In this document: piece after piece, positions 10,468 through 22,027 of the stretch
How positions within the stretch are numbered: the first letter of the stretch is position 1
How the letters are laid out: every line of letters starts with the position of its first letter
Assembly: GCA_963667725.2 (NCBI GenBank)
Contig: CAXXHO010000005.1
Coordinates: 384,001-448,000, forward strand
DNA length: 64,000 bases
Source: Treponemataceae bacterium
Lineage (GTDB): Bacteria; Spirochaetota; Spirochaetia; Treponematales; Rectinemataceae
Direction: 5' to 3'
The notes under the pieces: generated by a model
Database searches by the model: none
The model's input: only the letters and a program-made list of their open reading frames with translations
Told to the model about the DNA's origin: nothing
Position numbers and translations under genes: made by a program

Positions 10468-10974
10468 CTACTCTTTTTTATCAATCTGCATTTCCCAATA
10501 TCCTACATCTAACCATTCATCGTTCTTATAGCCGACTTTCGAAAAATGCGCTGCCTTCTTAAATCTAAAACTTTCATGAAGCTTAATACTGTTTTCGTTT
10601 GGCAATGCTATCACAGCCATAAGCACATGTATATCTTTTTTATATGTCTTTTCTATAAGGTTTTTTAGCAATGCTTTACCTATACCTCTTCTTATTGCAT
10701 CATTTTTTACATACACCGTATCTTCCGCCGTAAATCTATAAGCCGATCTTTCTTTCCATTTGCTTATATACGCATAGCCTAATACTTTTTCATCTTGTTC
10801 ATACACGATCCAGGGATATAATTGGCAAACTCCACGTATTCTCCGCTCCATTTCATTTTCGGGTATTCTTTTCTCTTCAAATGAAACATTAGTATTCTCC
10901 ACATAATAGTTATAAATTTCGCAAATAGACACAATGTCTATTTTTTTTACGTACCGTATATGTTCATCGATCAT
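10468..10974 (-). CDS. GNAT acetyltransferase (PAT-like)
   Basis: IYNYYV..VSFEE, RSAYRFTAE.TVYV, IALPN..SIKLHE. Confidence 0.85.
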   Translation of the reverse strand: MIDEHIRYVKKIDIVSICEIYNYYVENTNVSFEEKRIPENEMERRIRGVCQLYPWIVYEQDEKVLGYAYISKWKERSAYRFTAEDTVYVKNDAIRRGIGKALLKNLIEKTYKKDIHVLMAVIALPNENSIKLHESFRFKKAAHFSKVGYKNDEWLDVGYWEMQIDKKE

Positions 10975-11005
10975 TCTACTTCTCCCACACTACTTGAGGC
11001 GGCTG

Positions 11006-11612
11006 TTATAAGGCATCAATGTTCTTCAATATTTCGATATATCTCTTAGTAGCGAGTTCGCTTATTCTCATCTTCCTGCACATATTATAGGATTCCAGCT
11101 TTTTATTCGGATTCTCAACCTTTATTTCATTCTCTATCGCTTTTCCCCTTAGCACTTTAAATGATTCTCTAAACCTTGGATCCTTTTTTGCTTTATCATA
11201 AAATGATAATACATATACATAATAAAATATATTGTACCTGAACATTGGATACTCAATCTTCATAAATAGCTTTCCTATCCCATAATGACATGGTCCCAGA
11301 GGCGTTCTTGTTTCCCAGTGCCGCAATAAAAACTCAACCGCTTTATCCAAGTTTTCTTCTTTATTTGCGTAAAGAGTAAACCTGAATACATCGAGCACAG
11401 TCAATGTCGGCCCTGGGTTGGAAAATGCCGTCTCGGGTCCTTTCCCAAATTTACATGAATTACATCGCCATCCACCATCGGTATGTTGAGTAGCTAATAG
11501 ATGAGAATACGTCTTCTCTAGCCTTTTATCTTCGGAATATCCAAGGTAGCATAGCGTCTTTGCGGCATTTGCCGTATGGCAAGGGTAGATCGCGCCAGAT
11601 TTGAATAGTTCG
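11006..11612 (-). pseudogene. Prenyltransferase/squalene-cyclase-repeat-like protein, 5'-truncated by IS30
   Basis: Frame is open up to the IS end: GAIYPCHTA..QHTDGGWRC..GKGPET..GPCHYGIG. Confidence 0.65.
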
Positions 11613-12631
11613 TCAGTAACTCCTAACGCATAAAGTGTTAGGATGGGAACGTGGGAAAATATAGAAGAATCACGAACAAAGATCGTGAAGAGATCACCGT
11701 TTACCTAAATCTTGGGAATAGCCAAGAGGCTATCGCTAAAATGATGGGTTTTTCACAGTCAACCATATCGCGTGAACTTAAGAAGGGACACGATAGAGGC
11801 TTCTATAACCCATTTCTCGCGCAGCGGACTACTGATAAGCGAGCAAAACGTAGAATCCCTGCGCTTAAGATAAATAGTCCAACATGGCAGGTGATCAAAA
11901 ATCATCTTTCAATCCGTTGGTCACCGTTTCAAATAGCAGACTTCCTGCATACTTGTTCAAACGATGCTACAATAATAGCTGTGAGCGAGAAAACGATCTA
12001 TAGCTACCTTCATTTTCATATGAAGGGAGAACTGAAAAAGCTAGCGATTCTGGAGCTTCGTCAAAAGGGTAAAAAGCGTACAAAACGGGGTGAAGAAAAA
12101 CGCGGAAAGCTTGCAAACATTACGCTTATTGACGAAAGGCCAGAAGAAGTAGATTCAAGAGCCGTCCCTGGCCATTGGGAAGGCGATCTGATTATTGGGA
12201 AAGATCATAAATCAGCATTAAGCGTTATTGTCGAACGGCAAACACGATATGTTCTCATTGATCGACTTGAAGACTATTCAGCGGAAGAAGTCAGGAAAAG
12301 CATAGAGAAACGCCTTAAGACAATAGAGCCAAAGCTTGTAAAGAGCTTAACCTGTGATCAAGGCAAAGAAATGGCGGAGCATGAAAAACTGGCTTGCAGA
12401 ATAAAGATGAAGGTTTACTTTTGTCACCCCCATTCTCCTTGGGAAAAGGGAACCTGTGAAAATACAAATTTCTTAATTCGTGATATGCTCGATGGAGAAA
12501 CAGACTTTAGGAATCTAACCCAACGAGATATTTCGCGTGTTGCTCGATTACTTAATGAACGGCCAAGGCAAACTCTTGGGATGGTACCTCCCAAGAAAAA
12601 ATTCGACTGTTTATGCAATGAGAGTTACTGA
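11613..12631 (+). mobile_element. IS30-family element, copy 1 (transposase 11651-12631)
   Basis: IRs TCAGTAACTC..GCATAAA; GHWEGDLI, TCDQGKE, PWEKGTCENTN. Confidence 0.92.
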
Positions 12632-12772
12632 CGAACTCATATAAAGAATGAAGAAGAAAAATGGATATGTAAAAAATGTGGAGGAGTCGTATGTGTTCAT
12701 AGAGGATATTGTGTAGAATGTGGAACGATAGTTTACTATAGTATTGGAAATTATCGATCAAAGATAAAGTAG
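12632..12772 (+). pseudogene. DUF3795-like cassette gene, 3' fragment
   Basis: KWICKKCGGVVCVHRGYCVECG..stop, followed by attC. Confidence 0.55.
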
Positions 12773-12812
12773 AAAGCCATCATGATACATAAAGAAACTA
12801 ATAAGAAAAGAC

Positions 12813-12931
12813 ACCGAACAACTGCTTCAACCTTATAAAGCCTTTTGTCATAGTTTTTGCAGAACAACAATGCAAAAACCACGCCAATCCTTCGCTTCGC
12901 TCAGGCCAGGCTTTAAAGGTTAAGCCAATGT
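12813..12931 (+). repeat. attC (inverted orientation), cut at R' by IS256
   Basis: ACCGAAC..GCTTCAACC....GGTTAAGCCAATGT then IS end. Confidence 0.85.
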
Positions 12932-15603
12932 GGTAGCGTCAACATTGGATAACGTACACTATCTTTCGCACATTTAGAGAGTTGAAAAGAGACGCCCTCA
13001 TCTGGTTAAGTTGAGTTACCAGACCAAACTTGGCCAAAAGGAGGGCGCCATGAACCCAAACGGTTCACAAGAAAAGATTATACGAATAGACGAAGGGCTC
13101 GTGAAGCGGGAACTGAGCGAGATCGTCCGAGGCACGGTGGAGGAGACTTTGAACAAACTTCTTGACGCTGAAGCAGACGAGCTGTGCGGTGCAGGAAGAT
13201 ATGAACGAAGTCCCGACCGGATCGACACAAGGGCCGGTTCGTATGAAAGAAACCTGGAGACGAAAGCCGGAAAGGTCAAACTCAAGGTACCCAAGTTGAG
13301 AACAATTCCTTTCGAGAGCGCGATCATTGACCGGTACAAACGCCGGGAATGCTCGGTAGAAGAAGCACTTATCGAGATGTACCTGGCTGGAGTGTCAGTC
13401 CGTCGCGTGGAAGACATTACCGAAGCCCTGTGGGGCACCAGGGCCTCGGCAGGGCTTATCTCCAAGCTTAACAAGCAAGTCTATGAAAAGATCGAATCTT
13501 GGCGGAACCGGAAGATAGAAGGTCGCCACGCTTACGTCTACCTGGATGGAATCGTGCTCAAACGAACCTGGGCGGATGAAGTCAGGAACGTCTCGATCCT
13601 TGTTGCCTTTGGGGTCAATGAAGACAGGTTCCGGGAGATTCTGGGAGCCGCGGAAGGGGCCAAGGAAGATAAAGCCGGCTGGGGCAGCTTCATCGCGAAT
13701 CTCAAGGAACGAGGGCTGACGGGTGTCAGGCTCTTCATCTCCGACAAGTGCATGGGCTTGGTGGAATCGCTGTCAGAATACTATCCTGACAGTCTCTGGC
13801 AACGTTGTACGGTATAATGAGCCGCGATAACTGGACAGGAATAGAGACAATATAAAGTGGACCGCTCCTCCTTGCAGAACGGAAAGAAGGAGGCATAGAG
13901 TTAGCTATGAGAAAGCGGTACGACAAAGAATTCAAGGCCAAAGTAGCCTTGGAAGCCCTGAAGGGCGAAAAGACTTTGCAGGAACTGGCGATTACTTACT
14001 CGGTCCATCCGAACATGATCGCGCTCTGGAAAAGGCAACTTTCGGAGCACGCATCGGCGCTCTTTGAGAAAGAAGGGAAGGATAAAACAACAGAAGACGC
14101 CACGAGGCAAAAGGATGAACTGTACAAACAGATAGGACAGCTCCAAGTGGAGAACGACTACCTTAAAAAAAAATACAAACAACTGTACGGGACCGATCCG
14201 AAATGGTAGAAGCCGATCATCCCGAGCTCTCAATAGCGCAGCAATGCACGATCCTCGGGATAGCTCGATCATCTTACTACTACCAGCCTAAGGAAGCTCC
14301 GGAAGATCATGATTTGGCTATTCTGGAAGCTATCCTCGAGGTGCTGAAAGAGAAACCGTTCTACGGTTACCGTAGAATAGCAAGGGAACTGATCTATTTG
14401 GACGTTACACGAAAGCAAGTTCGAAGGATTATGAAGAAAGCCGGATTACGGGCGATCTATCCTGGACTTCAGCTTTCCAAACCGTCCAAGGGTTCCAAGA
14501 AATACCCCTATTTACTTAGGGGGATGAATATTTGGCTACCGAATCAGGTGTGGGCGTCTGACATAACCTATATCAAGCTTTCTGGCGGTTACGTCTATCT
14601 GGTTACGATAATTGACCTGTATTCCAGGAAGATTCTGTCCTGGCGGGTTTCTAACACCATGGATGCCCAATTTTGTGTGTCGGCACTGGAAGAAGCAATT
14701 GCCCATTACGGAGTACCAGGCATTTTTAACACAGATCAAGGAAGCCAGTTTACTTCTGACGCCTTTGTGTCGGTGCTGGAATCTCATGGAATACAAATCA
14801 GCATGGATGGCGTAAACAGGGCGCTGGACAATATCTTTGTAGAACGGTTCTGGAGATCCTTGAAGTACGAGGACATTTATCTCAAGGATTACCGAACTAT
14901 GACAGAGCTGAAAGATGGGCTGGCTCGCTACCTTAGGTTTTATAACAGTGAGCGATTCCATCAATCGCTGGAGTACGAAACTCCAGACACTATTTATTGG
15001 AGTAAGTTCCCGGCAAGGGAACTCAAAGAAGCTGTATGAGAGGAGAAGGTGTCCACCTTATTCCTGATTCTTTTCTGTCTAGACAGGTGGGCTCATTATA
15101 TACGGTGCATTTCTACCGGAATGTGTTCACCAATGTCCCAAGTACCAAAGTGAAAGATGTGGCAGCGATGCTCAAGGCGATCCATGCCCAGGAAGACCGT
15201 CAGGCGGCCCTGGAGAAGGCGCAGGCCGTAGCAGAGAAGCTCAAAGCCATGAAATTGCATACCGCAGCCAAGACTCTTGAAGAGGGTATTCTGGAGACCT
15301 TGAGCTATACTGAATTCCCCCGTGAACATTGGCGAAAACTGAGGACCAACAATCCAATGGAACGGATCATGCGGGAGATCCGTCGTCGTACCCGGGTGGT
15401 TGGCAACTTCCCGGATGGTAATTCTGCGCTTATGCTGGTGACCTCTAGGTTGCGCTACATTGCTGGTCGTCAGTGGGGTACACGGTGCTATATGAATATG
15501 GAACTTTTATTCAAAGGAGAAATCGGCTACCAGATAATCGAGGCATAGACGGGAACTGGATGAGGGCTTCCCGATAAATGTGCGAAAGAATGTTGACGCT
15601 ACC
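12932..15603 (+). mobile_element. IS256-family element; transposase 13050-15548 interrupted by IS3
   Basis: IR GGTAGCGTCAACATT at both ends; YVYLDG, WQRCTVHF (split), LRTNNPMER; no TSD. Confidence 0.9.
13813..15100 (+). mobile_element. IS3-family element, copy 1 (orfA 13907-14209, orfB 14203-15039)
   Basis: IR TATAATGAGCC; 5-bp TSD TACGG; A9 slippery run 14165-14173; WASDITY, TDQGSQF, ERFWRSLKYE. Confidence 0.93.
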
Positions 15604-15869
15604 TTTTTTAATTTACCAATATTTTCACCCAATTCAAGAAACACCAGATCACTTTCTTTTGATATATACCCTTTATAATAGTATTCGCCATTCTTATTAA
15701 GCTTTACGGAATGGACCCTTCCTTCTTTTAGATATGGTCCAGCAATATCTACACTTAACTTTGATGTATCTACTCCAATAGTATCAATAATCTTCCCGGT
15801 TAACGTAAAATTATTTTTTGAACAACTAGTAATTACTAAGCATATAAGTAATAGAATCCAATTTCTCAT
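15604..15869 (-). pseudogene. Lipoprotein cassette gene, 3'-truncated by IS256
   Basis: MRNWILLLICLVITSC lipobox; frame runs into IS256 right end. Confidence 0.6.
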
Positions 15870-15915
15870 GTGCTCTCCAAAGCAAAACAAAAATATTTTC
15901 AATGTTTTTCTATAA

Positions 15916-15952
15916 ACCTAACATTGGCTTAACCTTTAAATCCGCGCCTGAG
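15916..15952 (-). repeat. attC half-site (R' arm) abutting IS1634
   Basis: ACCTAACATTGGCTTAACCTTTAAATCCGCGCCTGAG. Confidence 0.85.
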
Positions 15953-17875
15953 CTGGCGTTGTACAGTGCGCGGTATAGAAAATCTTGCTAATACTCTATA
16001 AATAATAGAGTTATACGATTGCAGTCGAAAATCTTTTATACCGCAACAGGATCTCTTGCTACTGTAGCAAGAACTTTCTTTGGTAATTCAATAGTTAAGC
16101 GCTTGAAAATGTCCTTCGCCTCGTCGGAAATATCAGAGCAATACCAGAGGCTTACATTGTCGCTCTCAATAAGCCCTGCAGTAACATCGGACAGAACTTT
16201 TTCAATCTGGTACCACGACCGGTCCGCCATATTCTCTGCATACCGTACCAGCACCATGGCAAGCCAGCAAATAAGAATATGGCTTCGAATACGATCATCA
16301 AGTCGGTGGTATATGGGACGAATATCCAAGGTGTTTTTCATATCCTTGAATACCCGCTCTATGGCCCAGAGCTGCTTATAGCCGGCAACAATATCGGCAG
16401 CATCCAGCTTCATGCTGGACGTCGACACTAGAAACTTGCCATCAAGGAGTTCCTCTGAGGCTATCTTGGCGGTGTCGAGGTGCAAGACACCCTTCGTATC
16501 CTGCCTAATGTATCTGCCATAGGCGGAATGAGAGCGTAGCGCACACGCCGCTTTCGTGTGTGCTTTCCCCGTATACTGCGACAGTTCATCAAGCTTGCGC
16601 TTCGTAGCATCGACGATTTGTTCGCGTATGACATGGTCGCGCGTTTCGGCTTCCGGATTCTTGACGATGATGAATCGGCGCTCCGTGGCTTTCCCTGCAT
16701 CGAGGACGACATCTTTAATCGCGAGGCCACTTTCCAGGATCCTGAATCGCCCTTTCCGGTGTAGGGCTTCTACCGCGGCGCCATCGGTACCAACGCGGAG
16801 CTTTTCGCCGATGATATAGTCACCGCATTCCCGTAAAAGGATTCTTCTGTTGTCGGCACTATTGAATCCTGCATCTTGGACCATGACGACATGACCAAGA
16901 TTCCACTGTCCTAGATCACCTTTCACCTGCTCGACGATCGTCTGGTCGCTCGTGTTGCCCGGGAATACCCAGCAGCGAATAGGAATGCCGCTACGCGTCA
17001 CCGCAAAGGCAATCGAAACCAACGGTAGCTCGGGGTGTCCATCTTTACTGTGGCCACGTTTTAAAAGCCCTGAACCGGAAGCATCTTCGTCGGTCTCGAA
17101 ATAGGTGTTCGTCGTATCAAGAAAGATAAGATCCACATCAAGGTGGGCATTCTTTGATACTTCGGTAAATATGTGCTTCTGGAGTTCTTCGCTCGACTCC
17201 ACAAGAAGATCCATCGCCCGGTAAAGATTGTGAACATCGACGTTCACAAGATCCCTGATATATGCTTTCTTTGAAACCCAGTGTTCAAGAGAAAGCTTCG
17301 AACCCGGAGCCAGGATCCTGCCTGCAACCATGGCAAAGCAGAGCCGTTCGACGGGTGTGGCGAACTGGCGTTCGTTAAGAAGCCCTTTGATAGCCTTTGC
17401 CATGCCAAGACGATTCCATAGGGCATCTAGAAGCCAGGTGCCCCCAAGCTCCCGACTTGAATGGAAGTCAAATCCGGCGGGGACTTCAGAAGGATATTCG
17501 CCTAAGACCGCAGACAGTGCCTTGATGATCGCCTGGATGTAGGAAGGCTCGATCTGATCTTCCCGTCCGAGCTTCATAAGGACATTGGTTTTGGTCTTTC
17601 CTGTTTCCTTGACGCGGTAGTTGTGCACAAGTTGAAGGTACGTATAGGTACCGCCTTGAGCATTCTTTAGGGTACATTTCCGTACGTTCATTATACCGCT
17701 AATTATACAACATAGTGTTTTATCTGTAAAGTTTTATTTCGAATATTTATAAATATCTTATACCGCATTTGCATCATGCTTTTTGTACAGTCCGTTTTTA
17801 GTTATTTGTTGTCAGTATAATATATTAAGCTGCTTTATTGCTTACTGTATTATACCACACGCTGTACAACGTCAG
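15953..17875 (-). mobile_element. IS1634-family element A, copy 1 (transposase 16036-17691)
   Basis: IRs CTGRCGTTGTACAG; FLDTTNTYFE, GHSKD, FPGNTSD, IERVFKDMK, RPIYH. Confidence 0.92.
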
Positions 17876-17899
17876 TTAAGGGTCAAGCCAATGTTATGC
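17876..17899 (+). repeat. attC fragment (R' end, inverted)
   Basis: TTAAGGGTCAAGCCAATGTTATGC. Confidence 0.8.
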
Positions 17900-17932
17900 G
17901 GACGCTTCGCGCAAGTATACTTGAAATTATAC

Positions 17933-17961
17933 TTGACAATAGACGTAAGTAAATGTACTAT
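17933..17961 (+). promoter_or_regulatory. Sigma70-type promoter of vapBC cassette
   Basis: TTGACA-17-TACTAT. Confidence 0.7.
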
Positions 17962-17982
17962 TCATAGCATAGGAGAATGCTT

Positions 17983-18213
17983 ATGCCGCAAATATCACTC
18001 TATATCGATGAAAAGACCTTGAAGAAGGTAGAAAATGTCGCGAAGCGACAACATACATCAATCTCAAAATGGGTTGCTGAGCAGATTCGATCTCGAGTTG
18101 AACCAGCATATCCTGTAAATTTTGAAGCGCTCTTTGGATCTATTACTGATGATACTTTTGTTGAACCTAAAGAAATATCCTTTAGTTCTGATTTAGCAAG
18201 GGAAGAAATGTAA
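17983..18213 (+). CDS. vapB: Antitoxin (RHH-type, VapB)
   Basis: MPQISLYIDE..SISKWV; overlaps toxin start. Confidence 0.75.
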   Translation: MPQISLYIDEKTLKKVENVAKRQHTSISKWVAEQIRSRVEPAYPVNFEALFGSITDDTFVEPKEISFSSDLAREEM

Positions 18214-18611
18214 TGTATTATTTAGACACAAATACATGCATTTACTTTCTAAATGGAAAGTATGAATCTGTAAAGACAAAGATTCTCACAACACTTCCAA
18301 ATGAAATAGCAATTCCATCAATTGTGAAAGCAGAATTACTTCTTGGAGCTTATAAGAGTAAAAACAGAAAAAGTAATATTGAGAAAATTGAAAAGTTTTT
18401 AGAACCATTTGAGATAGTAGCATTTGATGACGTAATGGCTTATACGTATGCAGATATTAGGTATAAAACAGAAAAGATTGGAGAGAATGTTGGGCCTAAC
18501 GATCTTTTTATAGCGGCAATTGTAAAATTTCATGAAGGTACATTGGTAACGAATAATGATAAAGAGTTTAGCAGAATTGAAGGATTGAAAATAGAAAACT
18601 GGGTAAAATAA
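18213..18611 (+). CDS. vapC: PIN-domain toxin
   Basis: YYLDTNTCI, AELLLGA, GPNDLFIAA, LVTNN.KEFSRI.GLKIENW. Confidence 0.9.
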   Translation: MYYLDTNTCIYFLNGKYESVKTKILTTLPNEIAIPSIVKAELLLGAYKSKNRKSNIEKIEKFLEPFEIVAFDDVMAYTYADIRYKTEKIGENVGPNDLFIAAIVKFHEGTLVTNNDKEFSRIEGLKIENWVK

Positions 18612-18615
18612 TTTC

Positions 18616-20452
18616 GCATAACAACCGTTTCAACCTTATAACGCTCTTAGTCACCTGAATTCCCAGTAAATTGTAGCTAGGCGACGACCGGCAATTCAAT
18701 GTTTAAGAGCTCCAAGATTTCTCGCTGTGGCTTTGTTATCTCGGTAAGTATCTGACCATATTTTCCTGCATAACGAATCTTAGTAAGCGGATCCATTTCA
18801 AGCAACAATTCCTGAACTGTATATTTTTCAATGAGTTTTGACTGTCGCATTTCTCTTCGTAAAGCACTTGTAAAAATGAGCGCTATGAATTGTATAAAGA
18901 GCCTGCCGTCGACAGTTTCTATCGTGTGCATACGAAGGCGTTTCATGTCCAGGCTATTCTTCAGATCGTCGAAACATTTCTCCACGATATCTTTGTCACG
19001 ATATACTTGGAGTGCCTCATCGGGATCTTTAAAGCGCGTCGTGAAAATCGCCTGAAACCCCGCATAACGTTTGATATACTGACTTACCGCGTCGTTGTTG
19101 TACGAAACCTTCATCCCCCGCACCGGCGTCGTCGTGATGATAAAAAAGGTCTCGTACTGTTCTTTGTTCTCGGCCTTTGGTTTTCCTGACTCCAGCTCTT
19201 CCTTGTAGGTTATGAGTTCTCTATTAAACCGATCGATTGCATGAGCTCTCATCTGGGCGTTGTAGTAAAGGTGCAGATAACAACGTCGCCGATCTTCTCC
19301 CCAGGGATGGAGCATTGAGTGAACATACAGTACCTCATCGTCGATCATCCTGTAGTGTTCAGGCCCCTGAATCGTATCGTAGATCTCGTCTATGGCTTTC
19401 TGAATCCATAGATTATTCAAAGGAACCGAAAGAGTGAAATGGTCTTTTCGCTCTAAAAGTTCATCAACGTTCTTCTTGCTGTAGAACCCTTTATCAAGCA
19501 CATAGTGCAGATTCTTGATAGCTAGTTTCTTAAAGGTCGCTAGAAGATTGTGTACCGTTTGCACATCAGTGATATTGCCAGGAATCCTGTGATAGTACAC
19601 TGGTAGTTTGCTCTTCTGACCGAAGAGCATGGCCAAATTAAGCTGGGGAAGCTTCTCCTTATCTCTGTTGTGTCCCCAGCGGATGTAGTCATTGAACGCA
19701 CTGTAGGATGAAATGCTCGTGATATCGTAGCAGAGATATTCATCCTCAAGAATTTTATCCATCCAGGATGACAAAAACGATTGCTTTGCTCCTGTCGATA
19801 TGGATCCAAGAATCTCGCTTATCCTCTGGCTTGTAAGTGGCTTTGTTGCTGGATGTTCATGGGTTTTGGTCCACGATTCGCATTGGCTTAAGGGCCCTCC
19901 CTGGCAGGCAAGGTAATAAACCATAGTAAGAATTTGTGCAGAGCATTCAGGGAATGCCGCTTTTAAAAGCCTCGCGACTCCCAGCCGCTTGGATATTTCA
20001 TCGAGAATTAACGAAGGTCCAACGATAGTTGCTGTCGCCGTACCGATAGATTCGTTATCTTGTATAGCACTCTGCGTTATGCGCTTTGATGGAATAAATG
20101 CTCCGGTTGTTGGATCAATTTTGCCAATACAGACTTGCGTACTGCGTGCCTGTTGTTTTTCTTTGTCCCAACGAGATACCGATTCATAGACATACGTCAC
20201 GCCGGTTTTCTTATTGAGATGATGTATACGATAGGGCATTAAGCTGATCCTGCATTCATAGCTGTAATTGTAGCTATGTTTGCTTATTCTGTCAATGCTT
20301 ATTCGCATATATCTAATAGATTTATTCAATCCCTAGCTACAATTTTCCGGGAAATTAGGTAGTCATGGTTTGTGCAGAACAACAATGCACAAACCACGCC
20401 AATCCCTCGCTTTGCTCGGGAACGAGCGTTAAAGGTTAAGCCAATGTTATGC
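18616..20452 (+). repeat. attC (inverted) split by IS1634-family element B
   Basis: GCATAAC arm 18616-18653 and GTTATGC arm 20360-20452. Confidence 0.85.
18654..20359 (-). mobile_element. IS1634-family element B (transposase 18677-20239)
   Basis: 28-bp imperfect IRs CCT..TTCCC.G.AAATTGTAGCTAGG; 6-bp TSD TAGTCA; YDITSISSYS, PGNITDV, DKGFYS, VEKCFDDLKN. Confidence 0.9.
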
Positions 20453-20518
20453 GGACTCGCGCATTCGCGCGAGCTAAGTTATTATAATAGAAGTATATAA
20501 AAAAGTATAATGTTGTTC

Positions 20519-20547
20519 TTGACATTACACATACTAATGTGTAAATT
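20519..20547 (+). promoter_or_regulatory. Promoter with palindromic operator
   Basis: TTGACA-17-TAAATT overlapping TTACACAT-acta-ATGTGTAA. Confidence 0.65.
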
Positions 20548-20567
20548 ATTGACATAAGGAGGACATT

Positions 20568-20765
20568 ATGGCTACAAACCTCGCTATAGATGATAGATTG
20601 CTCACGAAAGCACTTGAAATTGGCGGTTATAAATCAAAAAAGGACACTGTTAATGCTGCACTTGATGAATTTATCAAAAGAAGAAAAGCAAAAGAGCTAA
20701 TAGATATTTTTGGTACAATAGAATATGACGCTTCTTATGATTACAAGAAAATGAGATCAAGATGA
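20568..20765 (+). CDS. vapB: VapB antitoxin (DUF2191-like)
   Basis: MATNLAIDDRLL..KKDTVNAALDEFI. Confidence 0.85.
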   Translation: MATNLAIDDRLLTKALEIGGYKSKKDTVNAALDEFIKRRKAKELIDIFGTIEYDASYDYKKMRSR

Positions 20766-21175
20766 AACGAGTATTAGTAGATACTTCGGTATGGTCTCTT
20801 GCACTAAGAAAAAAGGAAAGAACTGAGGAAGAACAAAAGATAGTAAGTCATCTATCAAAATTGATAAGTAATCTTACTGTTGTTCTTATAGGTCCAATAC
20901 GACAAGAAATTTTATCAGGAATCTCAACGAAAGAACGATTTGAAGCACTTAAAGAAAGGATATCAATATTTGAAGATCATACGATACATACCCATGATTA
21001 TGAACTTGCTGCAGAATACTTTAATGAGTGTAGAAAGCATGGTATACAAGGATCTCATATAGATTACCTCATATGCTCTGTTGCCTCAAATAATGACATG
21101 TCAATATTTACATTAGATAATGATTTTCAGCTGTATAAAAAGCATATAAGAATAAAGTTAGAGAAATACGCATAA
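20762..21175 (+). CDS. vapC: PIN-domain toxin
   Basis: VLVDTSVWS, IRQEILSG, IDYLICS, TLDNDF. Confidence 0.88.
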   Translation: MKRVLVDTSVWSLALRKKERTEEEQKIVSHLSKLISNLTVVLIGPIRQEILSGISTKERFEALKERISIFEDHTIHTHDYELAAEYFNECRKHGIQGSHIDYLICSVASNNDMSIFTLDNDFQLYKKHIRIKLEKYA

Positions 21176-21294
21176 CAAAAGCTTCAACCCTATAACGCCT
21201 TTTGTAATGGTTTTTGCAGAACAACAATGCAAAAACCACGCCAATCCTTCGCTTCGCTCAGGAACAGGCGTTAAGGGTTAAGCCAATGTTAGAT
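21170..21294 (+). repeat. attC (inverted, intact)
   Basis: GCATAAC...GTTAGAT, 125 bp. Confidence 0.9.
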
Positions 21295-21417
21295 CTATTG
21301 AATAACAAACTCCGAGTAGATTTTGATGCTTTGGTATATAAAATTAGATTCTAATTGTACAATAATAGTAAACAAGTAACAACATGATATGCTTTGTACG
21401 TAAAAAAAGAGTGTAAC

Positions 21418-21924
21418 ATGAAGGCTAAAATACTTACCGTTGTTATTATTTTTGCATTTGTTTTTTCTGTATTTTCGCAAGAACAACAATCTTTAGAAGA
21501 ATACTTCAACAGTGAAATTATAAAAGTTAGTTATCCCTTCGGAAGTGGGGTTTCATTAAATGTTAATGGTACAACATCAACAATTGGTTGGAGGTTGTCT
21601 CCAGTAATTTCTAATATGCTGAATCAGTACCCAACAAGTAAAGTATCATTTGAACAATATAAAAAAGAAAACAGAACTGGAAATGTATTATTATGGAGTG
21701 GCTTAGGTGGGATGATGGCTAGCACTCTGGTGTTTTCATATAAGAATAGTGATGTAACTGGTAATATTAATTTTAGTGATCCAGTAAATGTTGTATCTTT
21801 TTCAGGAATATTTATTGGATCAATAATTGAAGTTGTAGGCGCATTTATTATGAGTTCAGGATATGAAGACTTATTCAATTCAATTAATCAGTACAATTTA
21901 GAAAAGATTAAGGAATATAAATAA
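21418..21924 (+). CDS. Hypothetical exported/membrane protein
   Basis: Signal peptide plus two hydrophobic segments; fills a cassette. Confidence 0.7.
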   Translation: MKAKILTVVIIFAFVFSVFSQEQQSLEEYFNSEIIKVSYPFGSGVSLNVNGTTSTIGWRLSPVISNMLNQYPTSKVSFEQYKKENRTGNVLLWSGLGGMMASTLVFSYKNSDVTGNINFSDPVNVVSFSGIFIGSIIEVVGAFIMSSGYEDLFNSINQYNLEKIKEYK

Positions 21925-21935
21925 AGCATATTAAG

Positions 21936-22027
21936 ATCTAACATCTGCTTCGACCCTATAACGCCCTTTGTCATGGTTTGTGCAGAACAACAATGCACAA
22001 ACCACGCCAATTCTTCGCTTCGCTCAG
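21936..22027 (+). repeat. attC (inverted) truncated by IS1634
   Basis: ATCTAAC...TTCGCTTCGCTCAG then IS end. Confidence 0.85.

Noticed and set aside
9675..10974. Antibiotic-resistance calls for the nucleotidyltransferase and GNAT genes
   Set aside because: Only family-level motifs are visible, and the GGWAID-type motif is degenerate; substrate cannot be inferred
11611..12633. CG on both sides of IS30 copy 1 as a true TSD
   Set aside because: The flanks belong to different genes in opposite orientations; a 2-bp palindromic match is uninformative
12932..12948. IS256 left end resembles a cassette leader/attC end (GTAGCGTCAAC, AACATTGG)
   Set aside because: Short match in a single instance; GGTAGCGTCAACATT is simply the element's IR
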